A stretch of DNA of 64,000 nt, taken from NCBI GenBank assembly GCA_039033475.1, contig JBCCCO010000004.1, positions 7,097 to 71,096 of the forward strand, read 5' to 3'. A program made the position numbers and the translations under genes. The DNA comes from Pseudomonadota bacterium (GTDB lineage Bacteria; Pseudomonadota; Alphaproteobacteria; Rhizobiales; CBDHHC01). The notes beneath the pieces were generated by a model. The model was not told the origin of the DNA. It did not search any database and worked only from the letters and a program-made list of their open reading frames with translations. This document shows positions 19,296 to 28,766 of this stretch, piece after piece. The first letter of the stretch is position 1. Each line of letters begins with the position of its first letter.

Positions 19296-20324
19296 TTAAT
19301 GCTCCATGACACCTTTACGGCCCATTAGCCCTCTAGGGCGAACCAGCAGAATAATCACAGCAATCAGGTAAATAATAATCTGATCAATACCCGGAAGAAT
19401 TTGCTTCACCTCGTTCATTGAAGCAAAGCTTTGCAAAATACCAAGCATAAAACCTGCTGCTACAGCTCCCCCGAGTGAGCCCATGCCACCAACAACCACA
19501 ACAACAAAACTGAGCACCAGAAAGTCCATACCCATATGATAGTCTGGGCTGAGAATTGGTGTATACATTAAGCCTGCAAGCCCTGCAACAACCGCGGCCA
19601 TACCAAATACAATAGTGAATTTTTGGTCAATATTAATACCCAATAAGCCAACAGTTTCACGGTCCACCATACCTGCGCGCACCACCATGCCAAATGTTGT
19701 AAATTGCAAGAATGAAAATACGATACCAATTAGAGCGACAGAAAACAAAAAGTACACCAAACGCCAGGCCGGATAAACGACACTACCGGGGTCGAAACCA
19801 ATGTTTGCCCCAAAATCTACCATACCCTTAAAAGAGATTGGCGCAGGTTGCGGTATAGGATTTGCTCCAAATATACTTTTAATAATTTCCTGCAAGACGA
19901 TAGCTAGTCCGAAGGTTACAAGAATTTGCTCAGCATGAGGTCTATTATAAAAATATTTAATCAACCCCCGTTCTTTCGCAACACCTATCAAAAGCATGAT
20001 AGGTATCGCGGCTAAAATTGAGAGGGGCACAGACAAATCGATCAGCGTCATGCCAAAATCACCAAACCAGTACTCCAAATAAGGTTGGCGAATTTCAATC
20101 GGCGTTCCCCATGCCGTCAAATTATTTGGATCAAGGGTGACTTTCTCCAGGCTGAACATTGCTTTTATAGCAACAGCGCAAAAAGCGCCCAGCATGAAGA
20201 GCGCACCATGTGCAAAATTAACGACCCCCAACGTGCCAAAAATAATGGTCAAACCAAGTGCTATCAGTGCATAAGCACCGCCTTTATCCAGACCATTTAA
20301 GACCTGTAACAGTATTGCATCCAT
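19296..20324 (-). CDS. HAAT-family ABC transporter permease (LivH-like)
   Basis: The start MDAILLQVLNGLDKGGAYALIALGLTIIFG is the typical LivH N-terminus. ATG at 20324 is preceded by AAGGAAG. The longer ORF-track start at 20486 would overlap the binding-protein gene. Confidence 0.85.
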   Translation of the reverse strand: MDAILLQVLNGLDKGGAYALIALGLTIIFGTLGVVNFAHGALFMLGAFCAVAIKAMFSLEKVTLDPNNLTAWGTPIEIRQPYLEYWFGDFGMTLIDLSVPLSILAAIPIMLLIGVAKERGLIKYFYNRPHAEQILVTFGLAIVLQEIIKSIFGANPIPQPAPISFKGMVDFGANIGFDPGSVVYPAWRLVYFLFSVALIGIVFSFLQFTTFGMVVRAGMVDRETVGLLGINIDQKFTIVFGMAAVVAGLAGLMYTPILSPDYHMGMDFLVLSFVVVVVGGMGSLGGAVAAGFMLGILQSFASMNEVKQILPGIDQIIIYLIAVIILLVRPRGLMGRKGVMEH

Positions 20325-20400
20325 ATTCTTCCTTATTAACTCAATAGTGGCTGTCTCAAAAGTCATCTTGAGACAGCCACTCGCATTTATAGGGATGTAG

Positions 20401-21741
20401 TTAAGCGCCGTCGTTGTAAGGTCCAAGCTCTCCGCCAAGCAGAGATGCAGGATATTCAACTTGTTTGCGTGGAGTAACTTCAACAACTTCTAAAACATCA
20501 AATTTAGACGTTGGCTTTTCTTTTCCCTTCACCACGAGAACATCTTTAAAGCACTGGTGATCATCTGCGCGGTACTCTGTCGGGCCATTGCCAAGACCAT
20601 CAAACTTAAAGCCTTCTAGGGCTTTTCCAACACCTGATGGACGGAATGTGCCAGCGCGTTGACAGGCATCAGCATAAAGGATGGCTTGAGAATAACAGGT
20701 ATGAGCTGCCTGACTTGGAGGGAAGCCATATTTTTGACCGAAGGACTTTACAAAAGCCTTTGACCCTTTATCCTGCAAAGACCAGTGCCAGTTTGTAGAC
20801 CCGAAAATGCCTTTCACATTCTCACCTGCACCTTGCGCCATGAGGCGACTATAAAGAGGCACAACAATAGAAAAATCTTTACCATTCACCTGTTTGTCGC
20901 GCAGTCCAAACTGAACAGCTTGGGTGAGCGAGTTGACCATATCACGACCATAGTGATTCAAGACAAGTACATCAGCACCCGATGTGAGCACAGGTGTGAT
21001 ATACTGTGAAAAGTCACCTGAGCCAAGTGGCGTGCGAACAGCCGCAGATGTTTTCCAACCGAGTTCTTCTGTGTACTTTTTGATGGAGCCTTCCTGTGAC
21101 CATCCCCAATTATAATCGGCAGTTAGGTGATAAGCCACACGATCTGTACCAAAACTATTTTTTAGCACAGGTGCCAAAGCCGCACCAGACATCTCAGTAT
21201 TAAAGAAGTGACGGAACCCATTGGCTCGCTTATCTTTACCTGTTGTGTCATTGGAATGCGTTAGACCTGCCATGAAAATAACACCAACTTCTTGGCAAAG
21301 GCTTTGCACGGCAACAGCAACACCTGATGATGACCCTCCGGTAATCATCACAGCACCATCTTTTTCGATCATGCGCTTTGCACTAGCACGGGCAGCATCT
21401 GATTTTGTCTGCGTATCACCTGTCACAAAAACAACTTTTTTACCGTTAACACCATTGCCTTTAAGAGCTTTAGATGAAAATGTTTTCAGCATGCCACCAT
21501 CACCCTCACCATTGATATGCTCAATAGCAAGTTTGTAGGCCCGCAGTTCGTCTGCACCCTCATCGGCATAGGCCCCTGTTTGTGGCACATTTAAACCAAG
21601 CGTAACAGTTGCACCTTTTGGCTCGTTTCTGTAACTTGCAGCCCAGACTTGACTGGTAAAGATTGTTGGTGTTGCAATCACAGCACCTGCCGCAGCCGAA
21701 GCTTTCAAAAGCTTGCGACGGCTCATAGGTATTTTCTTCAT
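20401..21741 (-). CDS. Periplasmic substrate-binding protein (Leu/Ile/Val-binding/amide-binding superfamily) with a twin-arginine signal
   Basis: Start MKKIPMSRRKLLKASAAAGAVIATPTIFTSQVWA (SRRKLL twin-Arg motif) at 21741, with GGGAGA upstream. The mature part resembles type-I periplasmic binding proteins. The ligand is not inferable from sequence. Confidence 0.8.
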   Translation of the reverse strand: MKKIPMSRRKLLKASAAAGAVIATPTIFTSQVWAASYRNEPKGATVTLGLNVPQTGAYADEGADELRAYKLAIEHINGEGDGGMLKTFSSKALKGNGVNGKKVVFVTGDTQTKSDAARASAKRMIEKDGAVMITGGSSSGVAVAVQSLCQEVGVIFMAGLTHSNDTTGKDKRANGFRHFFNTEMSGAALAPVLKNSFGTDRVAYHLTADYNWGWSQEGSIKKYTEELGWKTSAAVRTPLGSGDFSQYITPVLTSGADVLVLNHYGRDMVNSLTQAVQFGLRDKQVNGKDFSIVVPLYSRLMAQGAGENVKGIFGSTNWHWSLQDKGSKAFVKSFGQKYGFPPSQAAHTCYSQAILYADACQRAGTFRPSGVGKALEGFKFDGLGNGPTEYRADDHQCFKDVLVVKGKEKPTSKFDVLEVVEVTPRKQVEYPASLLGGELGPYNDGA

Positions 21742-22169
21742 ATAAATCTCCCTTGAAATACGCTCAAAAAATGAACTGAGGTTCATTATAAGAACGCTTT
21801 GTGACGAAAAAAATGGAAACTTGACTAGGTAAAAGGCTATGAACAAACAATAGGCCTGTCAATAATACTTTGATTTATATAGCGTTTCTGTAAATATATA
21901 AAAAATGAATTTATTACACTTTTAAATAAATCAAAAAATACATGTAACCTCTTTATACATAACGATAAAACGCATTTAAATGCGGAGATTTATATTATTT
22001 ATTTATGAGAAATAACTTTGGAAAAATGAGTGTAGAAAATATTTCCATTAGTCAAAAGGATAAGTATATTTGCATTATACTTAAATCCAATTGCCTGCAA
22101 TCAATTTAGAGATTTCAGAATGTACGCGAGAGCCTATAAACAGCATCCATCTAAGGGCGAAAAATTCTT

Positions 22170-22199
22170 CCACCTTTAAGTAAATCTACTTAAGGGTGG
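22170..22199 (-). terminator. Probable intrinsic terminator of the quinone oxidoreductase gene
   Basis: CCACCTTTAAGTA-AATC-TACTTAAGGGTGG (13-bp stem, one mismatch) immediately after the stop at 22206. On the minus strand it is followed by AAGAATTTTT. Confidence 0.5.
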
Positions 22200-22205
22200 A
22201 TTGCT

Positions 22206-23192
22206 CTAAGTCACGTTCAAAACAACACGCCCCCTCACCTGCCCTTGCAAAATTTTTGGTGCAATGTCAATAACGTCAGATAAAGGATATGTCGTTGTCA
22301 TTGCGTCGATTTTTGCAATATCCAAATCTTGCGCTAGACTTTGCCAGGCACGCAACCTCTTTTTTCGCGGCACTTCGACAGAATTGACACCACATAGCGT
22401 AACCCCCCTTAAAATAAATGGCGCTACTGTGACTGGTAAGTCCAATCCTTGGGCAAGACCACATGCAGCCACCACACCATCGGCCTGCGTGTGAGCAATA
22501 ACATTGGCTAAAATATGACTCCCTGCCACATCAATACCACCAGCCCAGCGCTCTTTGGCAAGGGGTTTACACTGACCAGATAGGTCATTGCGATCAATCA
22601 ATTCTTTAGCGCCCAAAGACATCAGATAGTCTTTTTCCTGTGTCCGACCGGTTGCGGCAATGACATCATATCCCAACTTTGCTAAAAGAGCGACCGCAAC
22701 ACTTCCAACCCCCCCTGAGGCACCGGTCACAACAATAGGGCCATTATCTGGTGCAAGGTCATGGTCTTGAAGCGCCATAACACAAAGCATTGCTGTAAAT
22801 CCTGCTGTTCCAATTGCGATTGCTTGCGATGATGAAAACACCTCAGGCACAGGGACCACCCATTCACTTTTCACACGTGCATATTCTGCATATCCACCAA
22901 AATGATCCTCTCCCATACCGCAGCCAGTGACTATAACATTTTCACCGGGCTTAATATTTTCGTTTTCAGACTTCACAACTTCACCGACAAGATCAATACC
23001 CGGTATCATAGGGTAGGAACGCACAACAGGAGCATTACCCGTAATGGCCAAGCCGTCCTTATAATTTATAGTTGAGTGACTAACGCGTATTGTGACGTCT
23101 CCTGGCATAAGATCTTGTTCTTTAATCTCTCTCCAGGCAACAGTTTGCTTATCTTCGTTTTGAGATATCCATAAGGCTTTAAAAGGATCCAT
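22206..23192 (-). CDS. acuI: YhdH/AcuI-type NADPH:quinone / acrylyl-CoA reductase (MDR superfamily)
   Basis: 328 aa. VRVSHSTINYKDGLAITGNAPVVRSYPMIPGIDLVGEVV and VVTGASGGVGSVAVALLAKLGYDVIAATGR match the YhdH subfamily. Confidence 0.85.
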   Translation of the reverse strand: MDPFKALWISQNEDKQTVAWREIKEQDLMPGDVTIRVSHSTINYKDGLAITGNAPVVRSYPMIPGIDLVGEVVKSENENIKPGENVIVTGCGMGEDHFGGYAEYARVKSEWVVPVPEVFSSSQAIAIGTAGFTAMLCVMALQDHDLAPDNGPIVVTGASGGVGSVAVALLAKLGYDVIAATGRTQEKDYLMSLGAKELIDRNDLSGQCKPLAKERWAGGIDVAGSHILANVIAHTQADGVVAACGLAQGLDLPVTVAPFILRGVTLCGVNSVEVPRKKRLRAWQSLAQDLDIAKIDAMTTTYPLSDVIDIAPKILQGQVRGRVVLNVT

Positions 23193-23605
23193 GTACGACC
23201 TCTCTGGCGGTTTGATGCGGTGTTTTGTAATGCTATATTTTTAGGCTTAAATACCTGCAAAATAGAAATTATGATGCTATTTTCAAAAGAAAATCATAAT
23301 TTTAGAATATCCCAGTTAGGTTGCTTTGATAAATAACCCAAAAGACCAATATCAATACATCTGAATAAATTTGTATAAAGAATTTGTTAATACTTTGATG
23401 GAAGATTCTGTTTGAGAAGCTTACGCTCTAAAATTACGATGTTTTAGAAGCTTTTGTGAAGCAAAACAGCAGAATTATATACAGCCTACGGATTTATTGC
23501 ATTGCAGCAACGATTTTTCTAGAAAAACGGAATTACCCATAATACACTGGTTGATGGAAAAACGTGCTGCATACTTAATTATTTGTTTATGTATGGAGAT
23601 GTGAC

Positions 23606-23689
23606 ATGACAGCTTCTTCTATTTTGCATCGAATGATGTTTTTTGCGTCTTTTAGTTTGCTTATGGCCGTTATATTAGGTCTTTTGTAA
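23606..23689 (+). CDS. Possible 27-aa hydrophobic micropeptide
   Basis: ATG preceded by GGAGA with 6-nt spacing. It encodes MTASSILHRMMFFASFSLLMAVILGLL-stop (one TM-like helix) and ends 8 nt before the convergent pyrG stop. No other support. Confidence 0.25.
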   Translation: MTASSILHRMMFFASFSLLMAVILGLL

Positions 23690-23697
23690 AGGCAAAC

Positions 23698-25326
23698 TCA
23701 CACCAAACGGCTTTGCATAACAGCAGCTTGTACAAACGATGCAAAAAGAGGATGCGGATCAAAAGGTCTTGATTTCAGTTCCGGGTGGTACTGGACGCCA
23801 ATGAACCAAGGATGATCTTGCAACTCAATGACTTCAGGCAAGATCCTATCAGGGGATAGGCCGGATATATTTAGTCCAACGCTTTCCAGCGCGTCACGGT
23901 ATTTTATGTTCATCTCATAACGGTGACGATGGCGCTCACTAATCTGAGTTTGTCCATAAATTTCAGCTACTTTACTTCCTAATGTAAGGTTTGCGCCATA
24001 CGCGCCCAAGCGCATTGTACCGCCTACGTTACCATCTTGCTCCCGTTTTTCGAGCTGACCGCCCTTCATCCATTCTGTCATAAGTCCGATTAAGGGTTCC
24101 TGCGCATCTCCAAATTCGGTTGACCCAGCGCTTCTTAAGCCAGCCAGATTGCGCGCCACCTCAATAACAGCCATCTGCATTCCGAAACAAATGCCAAAAT
24201 AAGGCACTTTGCGTGTGCGCGCGAAATGAACAGCAGCAATTTTTCCCTCAGCTCCTCGTTCTCCAAATCCGCCCGGAACGAGAATGCCATGCACATTTTC
24301 CAAATGGACGTTTGGATTTTCTGCCTCAAATATTTCTGATTCGAACCAGCGGATATTGACCTTAACACGATTGGCAATGCCGCCATGACATAAGGCTTCT
24401 ATAAGGGACTTGTAGGCATCCTTCAAAACTGTATATTTGCCAACAATTCCGATTGTAACCTCTCCATCTGGATTGGAAACATCATGGGAAATGCGATGCC
24501 ATTTCTCCAGGTTCGGAGCTGGTGCGTCTTTGATACCAAACGCATAAAGCACTTCCTTATCCAAACCTTCTTTGTGGTATGCCAAAGGAACATCATAAAT
24601 ACTTGGGACATCCAAAGCCTGAATAACAGAGGCCTCGCGCACATTACAAAACAACGCAATTTTACGGCTTTCATCTTCTGGGATATTGCGATCACAGCGA
24701 CACATAAGAATATCAGGCTGAATACCTATAGAGCGAAGCTCTTTGACAGAGTGTTGTGTGGGCTTTGTTTTTAATTCGCCTGCGCTTGGAATAAAAGGCA
24801 AAAGTGTTAGATGAATAAAAATGGAATGTCCGCGGGGCAAATCATTTTGCAACTGACGAATGGCTTCAAAGAATGGCAAACCTTCAATATCACCAACTGT
24901 ACCGCCTATTTCACACAATACAAAATCAACATCCTCATTCTCATCAAGAACAAAACGTTTAATCTCCTCCGTAACATGCGGGATGACTTGTACGGTGCGG
25001 CCGAGATACTCACCCTTACGCTCTTTGGATATGATGGTTTGATAAATTTGCCCTGTTGTTACATTATCGGTCTTACGGCATGGACGATCCGTAAAACGCT
25101 CATAATGCCCGAGATCAAGATCGGTTTCAGCCCCATCGTCAGTGACAAAAACCTCGCCATGCTGATATGGACTCATCGTTCCAGGATCTACATTTAAATA
25201 AGGATCCAGTTTTCTTAATTTTACGGAAAACCCTCTAGCTTGCAGCAAAGCCCCTAGTGCTGCTGAAGCAAGCCCTTTGCCAAGAGAGGAAACCACACCG
25301 CCTGTTATAAAAATATATCGCGCCAT
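23698..25326 (-). CDS. pyrG: CTP synthase
   Basis: 542 aa. [18 protein letters not shown], the glutamine amidotransferase GICFGMQ, and HRHRYE. Confidence 0.97.
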   Translation of the reverse strand: MARYIFITGGVVSSLGKGLASAALGALLQARGFSVKLRKLDPYLNVDPGTMSPYQHGEVFVTDDGAETDLDLGHYERFTDRPCRKTDNVTTGQIYQTIISKERKGEYLGRTVQVIPHVTEEIKRFVLDENEDVDFVLCEIGGTVGDIEGLPFFEAIRQLQNDLPRGHSIFIHLTLLPFIPSAGELKTKPTQHSVKELRSIGIQPDILMCRCDRNIPEDESRKIALFCNVREASVIQALDVPSIYDVPLAYHKEGLDKEVLYAFGIKDAPAPNLEKWHRISHDVSNPDGEVTIGIVGKYTVLKDAYKSLIEALCHGGIANRVKVNIRWFESEIFEAENPNVHLENVHGILVPGGFGERGAEGKIAAVHFARTRKVPYFGICFGMQMAVIEVARNLAGLRSAGSTEFGDAQEPLIGLMTEWMKGGQLEKREQDGNVGGTMRLGAYGANLTLGSKVAEIYGQTQISERHRHRYEMNIKYRDALESVGLNISGLSPDRILPEVIELQDHPWFIGVQYHPELKSRPFDPHPLFASFVQAAVMQSRLV

Positions 25327-25558
25327 GGGCGTGTAGAATACACAAAATTTTTAAGATTCGAAGAGTTAATTTTATCGTATCCCGTCATAGTGTCCCTAAA
25401 ATCACACCAAAGCGGATTAAGCTATAGAATTGAATAACCTCAATATCACCTATCCTCTTGAAGATCACTTGTATTTTCTCCAAAGTCTCTATACTTAGAA
25501 AGAAATGATGCGGTAGCATCAAATATGATATGCAAACCATTTATAGAAAATTATTCTG

Positions 25559-26239
25559 ATGAGTGACGAAGATAATATATTTAGAGAAGTTGACGAAGAA
25601 ATACGGCGCGAGCAAGTTAAGGCTTATTGGGATAAATTTGGCATTTATATTATAAGTGTCGCCGCATCTATTGTACTGATTGTTGCAGGATATCAAGGTT
25701 GGACCTATTGGCACCAAAGCCAGACAGCTCAAGCAGGCCTTGAGTTTGTCAAAGCCCAAGATCTTGCCAAAGATGATAAAACAGATGAAGCTGCAAACGC
25801 TTTTAAAAAATTAATAGAAAGCGGCCCGAAAGGCTACAGCATTTTAGCCCGGTTCCAACTTGCCTCTACACAAGCCGCTGATGGAAAATCAGCAGAAGCT
25901 GCGAAGACATTTGAAAGCATTGTGAAGGACAATAACGCTGACCCTGTTATAAAGGGCTACGCGAAACTACAGAGCGCTTTGCTTCGCGTTGACGAGGCAA
26001 AATTTGAAGACATAAAAAATTTGTTGGTGGACATTAACACACCCAAAAGCCATTGGAGGCATTCTGCTCGAGAGTTGCTTGGCTTATCCGCTTACAAGAA
26101 TGGCCAATACGACGTTGCTAAAACACACTACAATAGCATAATAACCGATGCACAAGCCTCAGAAACTCTTAAAGAGCGCGCTAGCATGATGCTTACATTA
26201 ATATTAGCACGCACAGAATCGAAAACGGCCACAAAATAG
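25559..26239 (+). CDS. yfgM: YfgM-like TPR membrane protein
   Basis: 226 aa. Acidic N-terminus, a single TM (IYIISVAASIVLIVAGYQGW), then a TPR-like periplasmic part. It sits immediately upstream of bamB, as in other proteobacteria. Confidence 0.65.
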   Translation: MSDEDNIFREVDEEIRREQVKAYWDKFGIYIISVAASIVLIVAGYQGWTYWHQSQTAQAGLEFVKAQDLAKDDKTDEAANAFKKLIESGPKGYSILARFQLASTQAADGKSAEAAKTFESIVKDNNADPVIKGYAKLQSALLRVDEAKFEDIKNLLVDINTPKSHWRHSARELLGLSAYKNGQYDVAKTHYNSIITDAQASETLKERASMMLTLILARTESKTATK

Positions 26240-26307
26240 TGTTATGTATATTTTTACAAACAACACTATGATTTTGAAAAAATGTATATTTCAAGAGGGC
26301 GAATAAA

Positions 26308-27639
26308 ATGACACGTTATATAACTCTTGCAACAGCCCTACTTTTTCTATTTCTTTCTGGTTGCAGTAGCGTCCCCGGGCTATCATCACTTAATCCCTTT
26401 GAAAAAGAAGAAGTTAAATTACCAGGGACACGTGTCGCCGTCATTAATTATGATGACGCACCGAAAATTGATTCTTCAACTGCGCAACAACCTCTTCAGC
26501 TACCACAAGCAACCGTAAATGCCGCATGGACCCAACCGGGTGGAAACCCACAAAATGCGCCAGGACATTTGTCCTTATCCAACAGCTTGAAAACTCTTTG
26601 GAGTACGAACGTTGGAGAAGGATCTAGCAGTGATGGTCATCTAACAGCAAGCCCTATCGTCCATGACGGAAAAATTTATACGCTTGATACCCATGGCAAA
26701 GTTAGGGCCTTATCTGCAACCAACGGCAAAGAGGTTTGGGAGACCAGCACAACACCGGAATCTGAAAAAGAAGATGAAGGTTTTGGCGGAGGTATTGCGA
26801 TTAACAACGGAAGGCTATTTGCAACCACGGGATATGGACAAGTGGTTGCAATGAATGCCAACTCTGGCAAAATTCTATGGAAGAAATATTTAAGGGTTCC
26901 TATTCGCAGTCTGCCAACAGCCTCAGGTGACAAGGTCTTTGTGTTTACAACCGAAGGCAAATTATATTGTTTATCCGGAATTGATGGCGCTGAATTATGG
27001 ACCCATCGCGGATTACCAGAGAATGCTTCCTTGTTGAGCAATGCCAGCCCTGCCATTTCTGGAGAAATTGCTATTGTTCCTTTTGCCTCCGGCGAAATTA
27101 GTGCATTTAACATCGAGAGCGGAGAACCTCTTTGGTCAGAGACACTCACACGGCGCAGACAAGGGGCATCATTTTCATCTCTTAGCAATGCTGCAAGACC
27201 TGCCATATCTAATGATATGATTATTGCAGGCAGCCATACCGGCAAAATGATTGCCTCTAAAGCGCAGACAGGCGAGCGGGTATGGACCCAGAATATTGCG
27301 AGTAATCAGGGCCCTTGGATTGCAGGCGATAATGTCTTTGTCGTGGATGTAACCGGGCGTTTGATGGCTCTCACAAAAAGTACTGGAAAGGTCCGTTGGG
27401 TGTCTCAACTGCCTAATGACGGAAATAAAAAATCCCGTGTTGGATGGAGTGGACCAATTGTTGCTGGTGGAAAAGTTTGGGCTATTTCGTCTAAAGGTCT
27501 GTTGGTTGGTGCAAACGCTGTTAACGGCAAATTGGTAACGCGAAAAGATTTTGATACAAAAGTTTATATACCACCTATAGTGGTTTCTAACCGGATGTAT
27601 GTTTACACAGATAAAGCAAAGCTGATTGCTTTGAATTAG
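26308..27639 (+). CDS. bamB: Outer membrane protein assembly factor BamB (PQQ-like beta-propeller lipoprotein)
   Basis: 443 aa. Lipobox LFLSGC, and repeated propeller blades such as DGKIYTLDTHGKVRALSATNGKEVW, NNGRLFATTGYGQVVAMNANSGKILW and GDKVFVFTTEGKLYCLSGIDGAELW. Confidence 0.85.
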   Translation: MTRYITLATALLFLFLSGCSSVPGLSSLNPFEKEEVKLPGTRVAVINYDDAPKIDSSTAQQPLQLPQATVNAAWTQPGGNPQNAPGHLSLSNSLKTLWSTNVGEGSSSDGHLTASPIVHDGKIYTLDTHGKVRALSATNGKEVWETSTTPESEKEDEGFGGGIAINNGRLFATTGYGQVVAMNANSGKILWKKYLRVPIRSLPTASGDKVFVFTTEGKLYCLSGIDGAELWTHRGLPENASLLSNASPAISGEIAIVPFASGEISAFNIESGEPLWSETLTRRRQGASFSSLSNAARPAISNDMIIAGSHTGKMIASKAQTGERVWTQNIASNQGPWIAGDNVFVVDVTGRLMALTKSTGKVRWVSQLPNDGNKKSRVGWSGPIVAGGKVWAISSKGLLVGANAVNGKLVTRKDFDTKVYIPPIVVSNRMYVYTDKAKLIALN

Positions 27640-27662
27640 AAGTATTGCAAACAGATATGCTC

Positions 27663-28289
27663 TTACTTTTTTGTAATCAAAGCTTTGAGTTCGCTTTTAA
27701 ATAAATTTTCTAAATCCTCACGAACCTCGTCCGCAACACCATCTTGTGACTTTAACCACTTGATAACTTTATCTGTTTCATCCATTGGACTGTCTGCAAA
27801 ATTAAGGATCTGTGCAAATTCACTTTTGATTTTTCGTGTTGTGCTCCCTTTCCAAAAGACCTCTAAAATGTTTCCCCAAAACAGATAAAACACACCGAAG
27901 AAAGCAAGACCTATAATGACAAAGCTCAAAGTATCCACTTTATTATAGTCTTTTGCTATGGCAGCTAATATGACAATGGTCAGGAAGCCAGATGCTGCAC
28001 TTAAATACAATTGCAAATTATATGCTGGCTTTTCCCAAAATACATAGTCCAAGATCAGTTCTCGCGTTTTGATAATTGCAATATTACGAGATTGATTAAA
28101 TTTTTTGATCGCGAGAACAGGCTCTGCCCCCATCAAGTCAAAAGACTTCTTCTTTAAAGCCACATTCTCGGCGCTGATTTTCGCTGCAATCTTTGTATAA
28201 GAGCGATCCGCAATCACTCTTGCTACAACCAATAAGATAAGAACTAACGACAGGGCTATAATTGCGCCCAGAACAGGATCAAAGGACAT
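27663..28289 (-). CDS. Hypothetical membrane protein (3 predicted TM), no family recognised
   Basis: 208-aa ORF. N-terminal TM (LGAIIALSLVLILLVVA), a central TM pair (LSAASGFLTIVILAAIA / FVIIGLAFFGVFYLFWG) and an acidic helical C-terminus. It is convergent with bamB (23-nt gap). Confidence 0.55.
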   Translation of the reverse strand: MSFDPVLGAIIALSLVLILLVVARVIADRSYTKIAAKISAENVALKKKSFDLMGAEPVLAIKKFNQSRNIAIIKTRELILDYVFWEKPAYNLQLYLSAASGFLTIVILAAIAKDYNKVDTLSFVIIGLAFFGVFYLFWGNILEVFWKGSTTRKIKSEFAQILNFADSPMDETDKVIKWLKSQDGVADEVREDLENLFKSELKALITKK

Positions 28290-28766
28290 TTCAAATACAT
28301 ATATGTTTAACTATTGCGGAGCTTTACATGTATTGAATATGTATTATGCTCAAGTCAATTGTAAAAGAGTTTTAAACTAAGCCTAATTGCTATTTTGGAA
28401 AAACATATACCTTGACATCGTTGCGACACTGTCTGTTCGTTTTGGCGGTCGCGTTACATAACATAGACACACTATAATCATGAATTCTCCTATCGTAACC
28501 CCGGTGATGTGCAAAAGTGATGAATAAGAAGGCCTTAAAAATTTTTCAAAAAAGCAAATACTTCTTTTTCAAATATTAGATTTTTTGACAATTTTCTTAA
28601 TTAAAAAAAATAGAAAATTGTTTTTTATTCTTTTCAAGACTTATTCACAAAATACAGCCTCAAGTATTATAAAAGTCACAGTCAAAACATATTTCAAAAT
28701 TATTTTGCAATCCGCATGTGGCAGTAATTTATATTATTATCTTAGTTGGGGGAGCCTGTTTTTATT

